From NCBI GenBank assembly GCA_965649765.1, contig OZ287749.1, forward strand, positions 31,124,001 through 31,188,000: DNA of 64,000 nucleotides, written 5' to 3'. The stretch is from Bispira polyomma. Its lineage: Eukaryota. Below, piece by piece: positions 39,301-54,300 of this stretch. The first letter of the stretch is position 1, and every line of letters begins with the position of its first letter. The notes beneath the pieces are model-generated. The model was not told the origin of the DNA and ran no database searches. It saw nothing but the letters and a program-made list of their open reading frames with translations. The translations under genes and the position numbers were made by a program.

Positions 39301-42300
39301 AATAAAAACAACGTGAAACTTCGAAACTATCAACATGGGTAGAACTTCGTTTCTACCGACATATTGTTACAAAATAATGTTCCGTGGTCGGCTGTAGTTT
39401 TCAAAAGGAAGTTATATTCAGACCGCACAGCTTTATATAGGGAGAGCAGCAGTCAGTGACACGTTTACAAAAACAAATAGACTGTTACCCCAGCACTGAA
39501 AGCACCAACGCTGGGGGCGCTGCCTTATATTTGTACATGTACAAATCTTAAATGAATTGACAGCAGGAAAGCAGTCTTCACCTATAGACAATAGTATGTG
39601 ATAATTTACAATTAATGGCTAACTTTAAATTCAATGGGTGATTATTTTGAACCTTCTTATTCTGGCCCAATGGATTTCTCAAACTAAGAAGCCACATCTC
39701 AACTTACCTTTATATCATTTATGTAATTGGATGACTAGCATCCAATATATGCAATTGTGAGTCTTCCATGTAATTTACCTTATAAAGAAGCTACATTTTA
39801 CAGTTTTAGATACATCAAAAGAAGGGTTTGTAAAGGGTTGTGTTCATCTAATTATATTATCTTCAAAGCTAGTGTGGCCTGTACAGACATGTACTTGAGT
39901 CTTTGATGATATTTGGATGCTATAGAAGCCACAGTTAACTGGTTACAATAATATAAAAAAAGTTTTACAAACTAATACCTTATAACCTTTAGTCTTTATT
40001 TAGGAAAATGGTTATTTGAAATTATATTTAATTTTCACACTTTTATAATTATTCCATTTTAAATGTAAAATAAATAGAGTGTTCAATTTGTATACACTTG
40101 TGTAGATGTAAATGCAAAATACATGTGATGTTCCATGTTTTAAAGACCTAAATCCTAAAAGACCTTAAAAACTAAATCCAGATACTCAGTACTTTAATAA
40201 CTTTAAAAACAAACCACCAAATAATAGTACATGTATATCACATGCATTAGAAAGAAGGATAAATTCACCAAACACTAATATTCATCTTTTAAAAGTTACT
40301 AAAACCCTTAAATAAAATTTTCACATTACACATGTTTACTGAAATGACCACCAGTAAACTTGTGAAATAATGCAGGCCCAAAACCAGTAAGTAGGAGTAT
40401 TTACTGAAATTTTTATTACGCGTATTTACTGACCAAATCAGTAAATAAGCGTATTTACTTAAAATTTCACATAATTACTGTAACACATATATATATATTA
40501 CATGCTATTTACACTTTACACAAATTATATACATACACAAGATAATTGACAAACTGTTACTATATTACTATAATAATATGGCGGTAACCGCACATTATGA
40601 AATATCTTAGACAGTGAAAAATACTAGATCCGACTTCTTTGAGCGTCTTTAGTCCCTTAGACATTTGCTGCAGGCTGTACAAGTCAAGAAAATATTAATT
40701 TTTATAATACCTTACAGAATACATATAGTGGAAAATTATACTAAAATAGATACTGAATCATTTGTAAAAATTAGTACATTTTGAAATTTAGAAATATAAA
40801 AATATTCATGGCTTATCATCCTATTAAAATAGGGAATTCTATTGTTATTCTTGTTTGTTTGGGTTTGCGGTACAAGCCATATCGTAGTAGTAGGAAGTGA
40901 GGATCCCTGGTGCGTTCATTCCATGACGTTGATTAACGGATGGTCTCGTTCTGGAAACGTCTCCATTTCGTCTTCTGCGTGTAGTGTTTCAAACTGTTTG
41001 AAACACTACAGTCAAAGCTCCCGTTTCTTCCCGTTTCACTGTTCTTCCCCGAACGTTTGCGAAAGTAGCATAGACGTATCAGTAAGTAGCTCTACTTAGT
41101 AGTAGGTAGCGAGGAAGTCCCAGTAAGTAGTGATATTGTCTTCACTCGTTGTAATTTTTTTACTAGGTAGCATAACGAAGCAGAACGCATCAGTAAGAAG
41201 CAGTACAGTAGCCCTACATAGTAGTAGGTAGTGATATCCTACCAGTAAAGGGCCCGTTTTTTGCCCCCGCTCTGTGTGTAGAAGTCCTAATATCATCACA
41301 AAACGTCATGAAATGTCACAAAACATCACAATCGTATACCCCTTTATGTAAATGACGTCATTTTGATACAATACTACCACGTTTTCAGTGTATATTGCTT
41401 AGGTACGTTGGGGGCGTTAACACGTGTAGGTGTGACAAGGACATTAGAAAGAAAAGAAATGATAAACATTTGTAATAGAAAGAGATGTTTGTATGTTTTT
41501 ATCTCGGAGGACTTTCTACTAGTTTAATCCATTATTTTAAGTCCCTTTTTTGGCAGTTATATGTGGTTGGTACTAAAGACAGGTCAGAAGCCTTAATATA
41601 TCTATTTATTTTTTTATTTTGTTTGTAAAATAAGATTTAACCTTTGACCTCCCAATTACCGCATATTTTGTTATGTCCATTTTTCGTGGGGCCAGTCAGA
41701 TTCATAGGTTTCAATAGGCATATATATATGTGACAAAGACTAGAGTTTGGGATGTATACGATATATATACACCCATACTAACGGGAAAAGCTATTTTTTC
41801 TAATTTTGCTTCTAACTTGCGAGAACGCACGCCTTCTAACTTTGGTCTGGACCGCTAGACAGCGCCACACTACAGTCTTATATTTGTGTACAAGGAAGAC
41901 CTTAAACAGAAGATGAATTCTATATTTTAAAACAATGGGCGAGAAGTGGCGAAAAGCCAAGAAATTGCCTTAATTCAATAAAAACATTATTATTATATGA
42001 CAGTTTGACAAAATCTGCTCATATAGTGGCTTTATTCCATCAAAATTTCTTTAGTTTGCGAGATTTCGGTAGTTTCGGAAACCGCCATATTTCTGGTAAA
42101 TAACAGATTCTCACACAATATTAATTAATTTTTTAATCCGCCAATCAGGAATTTGCCCTATCTGAAATCTTATTTTTACTTCAAAGCGATGCATCAATTA
42201 ACACCTCGCTTTCGCCTTGAAATATTATAGTTTATAGCTGTACTTTATTTGCAAATTTCTGTGACAACAATTTCTATTGGTCGATCTCTGTTTGTAAATA

Positions 42301-45300
42301 GTAGTCAAGAATACTCCAATATGGTGTCCAACTAAATTTTATCTTAGGCGAGTTGGGATTGCTAAAATTTGGGGACGTCTTCAATGCGCATGCGTAAATG
42401 CGCAAGTGTGTGTGCAGTAGGTCGTGATTTCCCAGCAATATATAACCACAACTTTATGGCGGCAAAAATATCAAATAAAATTAGATATAAAATATGAATC
42501 GTATCGAAATGCATCGAATTTTGAGCCACACTCCTCAATGGTTTATATAAAATGAGGTTTGCAAAGTTTTGTTTCTATTTATATATTATTGCTATCGCAG
42601 ATTTGAGTAATCGGCTATAACGGAAGTTCCTAGCAACTATACATCGTTTTCGGAATCCATTTCGACCCCAATTAATGACTGGGTCACTATTTTCGAAATC
42701 GACAGCAAATGTCTGGTACACGGCCATTGCACCAACATGACATAATAATACAGTGTATAATACATGGGGGACAGCAATTCGTGGTGGACAGCATTTCGCC
42801 ATTAATATGGTTATTACACCTAATCACTATATAATATTCATTTTAAAGGAATTATTGTATATTCAATTCTTAGTCAGACAGCTTAAAAAATAGATTCATG
42901 TCTCCGAGATTTGTGACCGCAAGGTCACTTCCTCTTGTTTGTGTTATGAAGTCTTACCCAGTGTCAGAAATATTTTGGTCAAATCTTTCATCAGGAACGA
43001 TAGCCATAACAAACTTGTGTATAAAGTTGTGGAGGACATCAGTTCGGTTTAGATTTTCCTGAGTTTAGAAACACAAATTTCCACACTTTTCATCTAAAAA
43101 AATATGTTCTACTATAACCAGAACATAAAGGTAATATGTGCTACATATAAACATTCACACAGAGGGCCGTTTTTGCGTTACACTGCTCACAAGATACCAC
43201 ATGTGTTGGGGAACATTATGGAGATGAAAAGTGCAGAAATTGGTGTTGGATTTTAGGGGGAAGTCTCCACACTACCTCTGTTCATCCTACACTCATGAAG
43301 ATCTGAACTGAACTGATGTCTTCCCCAATTTTATACAGAAGTTTGTTATGGCTATCGTTCCTGATGGAAGATTTGACCAAAAATGTTTGTGACACTGGGT
43401 AAGACTTCTTAACATAAAAAAATGCAGTTTAAGCTTGAGCTCAGCCAATTTATCACTACAATGGAGACATGAGACAGACAGAGCTTTCCCCAGATACTGA
43501 TGGGGCCTTTCCTATTTACTGAAAGCTTGTTTCTGCCCTTTCAATTGACTTCATTTAAAAAAGGGTCCTGATGTGGTTTCCTGTCTGTTGGCCCTTCACA
43601 TCTTGTCTCTAACGAGCAGTCAGCAGGTGCTTTGTACATTTTAAATTCTTTCTTCTGCCTTATTACCTCCACCAAGGAGGTCATGCTTGTATGCGGTTTG
43701 GTTTCTTGCATTGTTATTTGTCACCAGCATTAAACAAAAACTGTTGAACTGATTCACATGAAATTCAGTGGAATGTCTTTAATTTTGTGGAACGTTTTCT
43801 CTCATCTATTCACTTTTTCCACAAAGAGATAATTACTTCCAAGAATACTTTCAGCAGTAAATACATTCTATATCTTATTATTACCTTTGGAGAAACATTT
43901 TTTAATAATTTTTTCCATTATTAGTCTGTTCTCCACAGTTTTCAAACTAATCATGTTTATATAGCCAATTGTCTCTTAAAGAAGCCGGGGGGGGGGGGGG
44001 GGGGGGCTTGGTGGTGTAGTAACAACACCTTCACCTTCAACATCTGTAATTGTGGGTTCCAATCTCAGCCAAGGTGTGTATATCAGGAAGTTGGCATTTG
44101 CTGAAGGCCTATGGTTTTGAGAGCAGAGAACCTCACCAGTGAACTGCCTTTTAGATCCAAACTAATCTAACTTACAAGGGAGACAATGGATAATATTTTC
44201 TATACTTAAAACATTATCATCAATGGTTTTCTATACTATTTGCTATACTTGAAACATTACCGTGAATTGGTTTTTACATGATACTGTCTTGCAGCCTTGT
44301 TTTCATTTTCGCCCCCCCCCCCCCCACCCCCACCCCTAATATTTGAATAATGTTGAATAAGCTGGCCAGAGGTTACTGTACTACATCAATAATGCACAAA
44401 GAATTTCTAGCGGTGGTCCTAGATTCTAACACCTAGATTAGCACCTAATGTAGTGATTTATGTGTCTGCCTGGTTTGTCACCAACAGCAGCTGTGTATGA
44501 TTTGACAGATTGCTTTATTACCTCCAGAAACAAAGTTATGTGTTTTCCTCCAAATCTGTAAAAGTTAGTTACTTTGTCACCAAAATTAAATGGAAAATAC
44601 TAAGTTATATGAAAGATGTACATGGTGGAGGGATGCAATATGGGCTAAGTACGAAGCAGTGTCATTTTTTGAGTGTCCTTCTAATCGGGTAGAGACAGGT
44701 AACCTCATAATTGGATCATCATTGTTACAGACTTATATGTGAAACTGCAACCTTAATTGTTTGCTCTTAACACTATTAATCAGGGAACAGCTAAAAAGTC
44801 TTAAATATATTTTTTTGTTCTTGTTTTTGGCTTTTATTGCCAAGACTTCTATTTCTGGGTAGATTGAGAAACAATGTAAACTTTTCAAGATACTTACTAT
44901 TTAATCTCCCAATAGCATCATGACTTAATAGAATATGCATGCTATTGTCATTAAATATTTATTTATAAATATTTTAAACCAGGTATATGTTTTATGTCGA
45001 CAATGCCCTAAAATTTCGCAAATGTGTAAGATAGTATGTTTTGGCCTGAATCTTTGGAAACCTCAGAACACTCTCTGCTTTGAGTACAAATGTGTCCAAA
45101 GTATTTATTAATACAGCAATTTGCCTCCAGAGGGAACAGCTTCTTATTTCACAAAATGGGACGATTAGCTTTGTACTAGGATTTCCTAATAGGTAGAAAG
45201 ATTTCTGATAGATTGCAAAGTCTTAAATGTAACAAACTCCTCGTCTTTGTCGTCAAACCATTCATTCTTGCCAAATGATAAATACATTTTGCTGATGCAA

Positions 45301-48300
45301 TTCTCTAACAAAGCCATTTTCTTTCCAGTACATCAACAGAGTGACAGAAAATTGAGTAATTAGATCTGCAATTGGTAAGACTGAGAATGCAGTCCCGGGG
45401 GTCTGATTCAGAACAGAGGAGTGATGGACTAAATTAGTTGTAGCATAGAAAAAAATAAAACTAACGCTAAAACAGGCCTAAAATTTTAGTGTGTTTTACT
45501 GAAGGTTGGATTTCTTTAAAAGAAACAAGAGGCTATACTTGATATTGATTTTAAAAAATCGAGATAGCTACAATCAGTTATTTAGAATCTGACACGGTAT
45601 TACCATTACAAACTCTTTCTCTTGCAAGGACGGCGTTCTCTCGATATGGGGGAAAACCTATGTGGAGTATCTAAACATAATCATTGTTGACGTACACGCT
45701 CCTTTGTAAATGTGAATGGTAAATGATGGGCGCTTCTAATAACCCCCGTGGATTATAACAGGATTATATATAGTACTGAAATAGTCCCCGGGGATTATAA
45801 CAGTATTATATATAGAACTGAAATAATCCCCAGGGAAAATACAGGATTCATATAACAACATGTTTTTTTGTTGTTTTGTTTTAGGTTTTTTTTCTTTTTT
45901 TTTTTTTGACATTCATGAAGAGGCATGTTCATTATTGTTGGATTTTTTTTTTTTTTTGACTGGTGGTTTTTTTTTTTTTTGTCTTTTTTATTGTAGATTA
46001 AGCACCATTACAGAATTGATAAGATTAGATTAGATTAGGGCCAAAGTTTGAAACAATAACATGGGAGTGTGCAATGCAAGAGACCACTACAATAAGGAGA
46101 TTGAAACATATCGGGTAAATCTGTCTAATAAAAGTAGAAAAACTGTAAAAAGTCCTGATCCCACAACAAATGAGTAGAAAAAAAGTGTCGGACAAAAAGG
46201 ATACCTGCATTGTAAAATGTGATGTTTAATTACAATAATTATAAGAAGCACATGTAATTACAACAACGTACTTTGTAGGCCTTACATATTTCACAAATAG
46301 AAGGAAATTAATGGTACAGTTTGATGGAAGACTAGTATACTTAATAATGAATGAAACCAAGGATGTAAGGAGCATTAAGTATTTGCTACACACTGTGTGT
46401 GCTGGTATTTATCTGTTTATTCCCATTGATTTCTATTCCAGTAAGCTTATACTTAACTATAGTCTCCCAGAAAACTATACTACTTTTCTTACATGGCTTT
46501 GTCTCTCGACTATGATTTTTGTACTATAATACCATACCAGAAAAAGAATTGACAGCGTTATGATGTGGAAGACATAGCACCCATGAAGGCAAGTCGATTA
46601 TAATAGACTTAATACACAAAATTCAGCTAATTTCACCTTGCTATTTAGCCATAAACTGTCTTAAACAACACTACTGTGTCAGTGATCCTATAATCATCGT
46701 TTAAAAGTGGAAGTAAACAATACCTAATTAACTCTTCTTTTCAGGGGACCATGTTTTAAACAGCCTTAATTGCTAACACGTGATATGATTTGCATTTGTA
46801 TTCAGATTTATACTCAGCACATATATCTACCTTCATCTGGTATTTAGAGTGCTAATCATTCCCTGACTGCAACAGTCAACTGCCCCAGTTACTGCCATTC
46901 CCCTAACTGAAGATAGAGGCTTAAGGATTTGTCAATGTCCCGAAGGATTTTTGCCTGCCACTGGGGATAGGACCCAGTGACAAAGGACCGCCATTTTAAG
47001 TGGTCATCCAAGCCACTATACAAACGTGTGTACACATCTTGCACAGGGATTTTATCTCACCAATGAAACTACGGGCTGGTACTGGGAATAGGACCCAGGA
47101 CCCTCTGATCATCAGACCAACTCCCTAACAATTAGGCCACGGGAGAGCACATGATATGATAGATTATTAACGCATCTAATTGATGCCAGGCATCTACTAT
47201 TTCTTTAGCGCAACATCATTGACAGATATCCCTGTTCTCAAACAAAGTTCCACGCCAGTAATTATGAGGTGTATTGAGAGTACTAATGAGGCTAATGTTC
47301 TATCTTGTTTTTGTTTCATCCATTTTCGCTAAGGATGACAAGTTGACAACATGCCGTAGCATAAGACATGTGCGTCAGCCATCATAAAAATAGAACCGGG
47401 ACCAATTTCCCATGTTGGGTCAAAGTTGTGTGGACAAATTGTTTAAGTGTTTAAAAAAAGCAACTCCTGTGCCCATAATATTATCACTATTCTTCAGTGC
47501 ACAGGACAGCCCCACTTGAAGGGCAAATGAGATATACAAGACAAATAATGACACAAGCATAACACACTTTGAGCATTTATTAACATATACTTCTAACACG
47601 CAACAATTAATATGAATATTTTAGACACATACCTATATATTTATATAAAAATGAAAGGCTGACCCTGTCTAGATTTTAGGTCACCCTGTTTAAATTATAT
47701 TTACTTCAAGGGAAAAGAGGTAAGGTGACTTAAGGTCACCTTATATGTGTAGTCATTAACTAGTAGTGGTTTTAGAGAGTTCTAAATACAGTTTAGACTG
47801 TTTTCATGTTCCCAAAAGACTTTACATCATGAGGGTTTACCCTAGGTCTGTGTAATTAAGGCTAATAAGGAACTCCTGCAATTCAGAAACTGTTTCTCTC
47901 AAGCTGAGGCTCTTGACGTCTTCTGATCTTCCGGTCGGTTCTATTGTTAGAAGTGTTATTTAAGTTTGCACCAAGCTGTAATATAGCATTAGGAGAATGT
48001 CATTAGTAAATTTGCATTTAACAATGTACCCAGCTGAAAAAAGACATATGCAATATACCATGAAGGGAATGTCATCAGTAGATTGGCAGTGACAAGTTTT
48101 AAATATATACTTACTTTTTCACCTGCTTAAGGACAAAGATTGAAGCATGGCAACTGATAATGGAGCTCACAGTGTCACCTGTGATGTAGACAACTCCAAT
48201 TAAACAAGGCACTATATTTAATTATTAATCTCCATTGCCATTAAAAAAATATTCAATGAGGAGCTTTTACATTGGATTTTCAAATGGATGGTCCAAATAC

Positions 48301-51300
48301 ATATAAACAATGGCATACTTAGCACAAAAACAACTGTAGAATTGCATGTAACTGAAACACTTATTTAGTTCTCTTTAGATAAATGTACTTATTGATAATA
48401 TAAATTAAGGAAGACCACAATAAGAAGTGTTGACAAAGACCACATCTGTTTTAAGACCACTTCATTTGAGCCACCTTAAGTCATCTATTAATTTTATAAG
48501 ATCTATATAAAGTGCATACAGCATTGGGAGATCAAGATCTAACATACATTGTAATTACCACCATCTGCAACTGAGATAAAGTTTAGTGTTCTAACCTAAA
48601 TCAATCTATCATAAAGGACAAGCAATAAATTAGTATGCTGTTACACTGGTGACTGATTACCATTCTACCTGTCCCTCCATATTAGATGCCTCATAAATTA
48701 TTTAAAGACACAGTGTCTTCGACTTTCCTCATATGACACTTTCTATTCCTTTAAAATGGGATGAGTTATAAGTGTCTGTCTCTCAAGTTTCCTTCTATAA
48801 GGAAGAATAACAGTAATGCTACTAAACCAATCTCACTCCAAGGTTTAACGTGAACACGTGCAACATTGCTTACTGATGACACCAAATGCTATGTTGTACG
48901 GCAATCTAACAAGTGGAGGATGTATTCAGATGAAATTCAGTGAGAGATAGATGGTTTAAAAAATAACCTGTAAGCTATGTTAACCCACAACAATCTGAGG
49001 TTTTCTGGTTGATGACAATGTACACCTTTTCTCCCAAAGTATGTATGGCAATAACAGGATGAGCTTTAAAGAATTAATAGTTACTGTGTACCATGGTTTG
49101 GTTTGTTTCTTTTAGATTTTTCTAGCTAAAGGTACTGTTCCACTATAAAGATTAGTTGGGGAGAGGGGCCGATTGTATTATCTTATTCACTCGGGAGGCA
49201 TCTTTGACAAGAATTGCGGGGAAATTTGCATAAATTAGAATGCAAAGATTGAAAAGATAAGTCGGAGGGCTCAAAAGATAAGTCGTAACCTAATAAAGAT
49301 AAGTCTTAACCCCATACAGATAAGTCTGCCAGCCCTCTGGAGTGGCGACGCCTACTGCTGTTTGAGGTAAAATTATATTTGTCAGTTATTGCTGCAATTT
49401 TGGTCCTTAGAGTGGCCATTCAAAAAAATAAGTCATTGGAGCAAAAGATAGCTTCTTAAAAGGATACGATTGGCCCTGAATGATCATGACTGAAGGACTC
49501 CAGTGGCCTGAATAAATGGCCTGAAGATAACTCCAACGACCTAAACGATCCCCCCGATTATGTCTTAGAGTATACACCGAACACATAATCGTAACAGTCA
49601 GGAGCTATGATGGGCATAGTGGAACAGGGGTATAAGTCAACCTATTTCTTATTTTAGCTTATCATATGTGTATGATATATGTCGGACATGAAAGTTTTTT
49701 ACAGATGGTGGAATTAAATGTGAGAGAATCTAACAAGTGTAGCCAATAAACTGGTTCTTTTCTTGTATTTAAAAATAAACAGCAGTTTCATAACATATAA
49801 TTGCAGTAGTTCGCTTACTCGTTACAAAGATCGAACTTCCCACTTTTTCTTGCATAATAAATATGCAGCTAATTCATATGGCTAATGTTTTACTAGATTG
49901 CCAAATCTTTGGTTGCCTACTGCTTAGGGAGTAGGTCTGGTAATCAGAAGATCCCCAGTTCAACTCCTGCTAATGCTGCCAGGATCATTGGTGGGATAAC
50001 ATCCTTGGGTAAGATATGACCATGCCATTGCCTACTGAGTACGACCGTAGGCATCATTGTAGGACACATGATTGGTTAATTTGATTGTTGCGTTTTAGAA
50101 GATACCTCGCATCAATAAAGCACTTTAAAAAGATATAATACAATAAGATAGAGTTAAATGGTCACGACTATTTATTGGAAATTAGCTTAAATAATAGCAG
50201 AAATAAAGAGAGAATGTCAGCTAGAGAAGTCCCGACTAGCCAGCTGCTCGGCGGGGATAGGAATAGTGAAAACTACCGACCCCAAATTAAAGTAAACGAA
50301 AAACATTTCAACATATTTAAATAGATAAATATATTAAACAACCCCGAAAACGAAAATTTAGCGATTGTTTGGTTTGTTCACATCCTAATGTAAAATAGGA
50401 AGTAACAATTTTACTGAAATGGCGGACTTCCTGTTTTGTCACATGTATCAGAAACGGCTCATAAAATTAAAAATTGTAACAATTAAATGATAAAACGTAT
50501 ATATTTCATCATTATATTACTTATTTCAAGTTATACTGGTTTTATATTGGGTAACAAGTAGGATAAAACTACATTTTAAAATATACGACGACAAATCGGA
50601 GCCGATGCGTATAATTAATGGTGACTAATCAACTTCAATTTTTTGCAGTCGTGACATCACTAATGCCTGGTCATATGACAACGTTTTGTTACTGAAAATC
50701 AAGTTTAGCTAATTTCCGTAGCCAAGACTAAATAAATCTGTCAAACATGAAAAGTGGAAATAAATATGTTCAATAAAGGGTAAAATAGGGATGTTATCAC
50801 TGGTTAATTTCCTATTCACACAGTTACTGACTCATAGAGTTACTGACGTATTTTGCCTTTTACTTTTTGTGTTTTTTTCAGTACTAGTGTTTATTATGTG
50901 CTGGACCCCCTATTACGTCATCTGTGCGTGGTGGTGGTGTGACAGGTAAGTGAGTCTCTCACTATGGAACTTTTAAATCTCTTAATAAGTATTTTATTAC
51001 TTACTTAGCTTGAATTGAAACCTCTTCATTCTTATAGGATCCCTTAATCCTTTATACATTTTTTTTGCTGTTTTGAACTATATTTTATGCTTTTTTCCAT
51101 AAGATCTTGACCTGTTTCATCTTTTGGTCTGGTGGGTGGGCTCCTATTCAAGATCTGTCATGCTGATTATAGCATGGTTGCAGTTGCGGACTATATTATA
51201 TGCTTCCTTCCATGAGATTTTGATTTGTTTTAATGCTTGGTTTAGTGTTCTTTTCCAGGTGGGGGTTGATTCTAGGTGGTGGTTGATCTCCCTCTTCTCT

Positions 51301-54300
51301 TTTTGTCCTGTGGTTTCTATTCAATAGCCTGTCGTGTTACATTTTCAGTGTGCCCTTCCTTTGAGTATGGCATAACCACTGCCGCTATATGTATTTCATT
51401 TCTTGGTTGACAAGCTTTTGTATTGTATTGTATTTGTATTGGATTTTGAACGAAATCCAAAGGTGGGTAGGCTAGTTTGAAGAGATAGGTTTTAAGCTTT
51501 TTTCCTAAAACCATAAAGTGTTTTAAGTAATCTAACCTCAATAGGGAGACTATTCCATAAGGTAGGGGCAGCAATAGTGAAACATTTAGATCAAGCCCTC
51601 TTGGTAGGTTTAACAGAGGAAACTGAAGGTTACTGAAGGAAACTGAAGGAAAGGTGCACAGCAAGGTACATGGGTTGTTGAGAGATAACAGCTTGGAAAG
51701 TAGTTAGATGGATTTTAAACAAAATATAATAATGAATCAGAAGCCAATGTAGTTTCTTGAAGTATGGAGCGACATCTGTACGGATTCCCAATCAAAAAAA
51801 AAAAAAAAGATTTCACACAGATAGTTTTAATAGACTGTAACTTGTTTATGTAAGACTTTTTCGCTCTGAACAGAAGGGAATTGCAGTAGTCTGGATGGCT
51901 TTTAACAAGGGAGTTAGCCACAATGATGGTAGTATCCTGTCACAAATGATGTCTGATTCTTTTTTTTAGTTATTCATTGGACATTATTTCTGGCCACCTG
52001 ATATTTGGCATTATTTTTGAGGGTATTGTAGACTTCTCGATTGAAATTAATCCTTGTAGTAAGATGAAACATTGATTAAATATTAATGTATTTTAAATGC
52101 ATTGATTTGTATGAATCTCTGAGATTTAATATTTTACTTTAATTAAATGTAGTAGTTGATGGCTTAAATTTCACTTCAAAATTATTGACAAATTTTTATT
52201 AATTACATTTTTTTTTACAAAAAGCAAAGGCATGTAATGCTATAATGTCATCATGTAAACTGAATTGCATTAACTGTTAAGTTGAAGTAATAAAAAAGTG
52301 ACAAAACAAGGTGATATCTTTGAATTAGGGAATAACCCATGATAAACCAAGGATATTCAGGAATTTTACCACATTTAGAGGCGTTGGAACACAAAGGTGA
52401 AACCTGAGTGTTTCTGCAAATGCAAGAGTGGTAAAATTCCAAGAGTACCATTCTATCATGAGAAACTAAAATTTTAGCTAATTCTGGCTCCATTTTAAAT
52501 TATATCGATGTACTGCATGGAGCTATTTAATCAGAGAAAGAAACATTGTGGAGAAAAGCGGTCTGTACTGTTCAAACATTGTAGATCTGGATTTTACCTT
52601 ACTTTAGAATGAGCGACAGAATAAGAATGATCGACACACGCTTGTAATGTTAGAAAATAACTACCCAGCTCCAACATAGCATCACACTGTAAATAAAAAG
52701 AGATACAATTAAATAGCAATAAAGAGCAACAATAAGAATCAACTGCAGGATTCAATTCAACATCTGTATTATTTTTTGATAGAGTGCACATGTACAACAA
52801 AGAAAAATGTAACACAATTAAAGCTTAAAACTCACCAGACATGTGTGGGCTGAGGACACAAGAAAACCTTTTAAAGTGGTTTTCTGGACATAAACCACTG
52901 CATTTGTTGCATTAATTACCTTGCGTTGCACAAAAATCATACACAAAGCCTTGCACAGAAAAGGTACAGTTTTTTTCTCACTCATATGCAATATGTATGG
53001 TCAATATATTTCTATGCATTAACGGGTTGAAGATGATGTTTTACCCATTTTGTACGCATTTGCTGAATGGACCACTGATTAAAACGCAAATAAATATTAA
53101 TTACTTTACTCCATGTTAAAAGCTATATATTATTTACAAGACTTAAATGAGATCGGGCAAGGTTAGGGCCACTTAAACAAAGTTAAGGGTAAACTTATGT
53201 TGATATGCATTGCTTTAAGTTAATATCTGAGAAAAATGTTTAAGGTTACCCTATCCTCATTTTAAGGTAGGTCTATTTACAAGTATGGGATAAAAGGTGG
53301 CCTTAAATTAAGGTCAGAATTAAGTTTAAAGTTGTCAGAATGTATATTACATAATAAATGCATGTTACCATGTACCAGTTTGTCTGATGTTTGGTCTTTC
53401 AAATGGTTAAGGTTTAGTATCATCTGTCCTTAGAAATTAATGTGAACAGTGAGATAGACTATAGAAAAGGTGCATTTCAGAATCGGTGAACGACATTAGG
53501 AAATTACTTTTTACTTTTGGGTATAAACAATTATATGGTACGTTGGTGTATACTAGATGTTACAATTAAGTCTGACTGAATCCTAGTGATTGTTTTGGAA
53601 ACCACATGAACCAAATTGAAATGGTAAGACCAGTTACTGATAGCAGACGACATGGTAATATTTTCGTGTTTTTTTCTCTAAATTTTTGTTTAAAATATTT
53701 GGATACACATGTTTAAGGAACTCATTGGTTGGTAGTAAATGTTCTTTGTCCATAAACTGCTTGTTGGCATCAAATTGAAGTTAGACAACTGCTGATTGCA
53801 TTGGAATTTTTCCTCCTCAAAAATGTCCAATAAGATTGATAAAAGAACTAAGATAGACGGTTTATGCCAGTGCTAAAAAATCCATAGCTAATGCAGTTTA
53901 TAAAGGACATACAGAGAACAATTAAATAACTTATGTAACATTATAAGGTCACATATATGATACAGATGAATCACAGGAAACAAGAAATGACATCATTTTA
54001 AAGGGACACTTACCAGTATTATTTGTCTTTTAATAATATCAATTGTTTTACAAATATCAATTGTTTTACAGAGAATCTGCAAAAATGATACCATTAAAGA
54101 TCCAAAGAGGTCTCTTCATATTTGCTGTGTCTAATTCCTGTATGAATCCAATAGTCTATGGTAAGTCTGCACTATGTCTAATTCCTGTATGAATCCAATA
54201 GTCTATGGTAAGTCTGCACTGTGTCTAATTCCTGTATGAATCCAATAGTCTATAGTAGGTCTGCACTATGTCTTTTTCCTGTAGAATCTAATAGTCTATG

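Larger units (their letters stand above)
32733..39529 (-). mobile_element. Element C: full-span YR retrotransposon with split direct repeats (A1-gag-RT/RH-YR-B1-A2-spacer-B2), Ngaro/PAT-like
   Basis: A1 39365-39529 = A2 34015-34179 (165 bp, 3 mismatches); B1 34180-34823 = B2 32733-33376 (644 bp, about 8 mismatches by eye); B1 and A2 abut; no TSD; three ORF regions. Confidence 0.95.
25721..40485 (-). mobile_element. Decayed Ginger2/TDD-like (KRBA2/SCAND3-type integrase) DNA transposon hosting two nested YR retrotransposons
   Basis: Inverted termini TGTTACAGTAA (25721) and TTACTGTAACA (40485), with about 150 bp of subterminal CAGTAAATACGCGTATTTACTG palindromes at both ends. The minus strand at 32520-32650 reads [32 protein letters not shown].(C)KNK*, the Cys-rich C-terminus of this integrase family (from recall). 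Confidence 0.7.

Noticed and set aside
40842-41299. ORFs similar to those at 56935-57538
   Set aside because: The similarity comes from two copies of a non-coding MITE, not from a gene.
43987-44006. Poly-G run (and poly-C at about 44312) as G-quadruplex or regulatory elements
   Set aside because: Simple homopolymers, common in such genomes and error-prone in assemblies; no supporting context.
51100-51330. ORF 51124..51327 as a possible TM6 exon
   Set aside because: The true CWTPYY exon is 50882-50945 with matching phases; this ORF lacks GPCR motifs and is T-rich noise.
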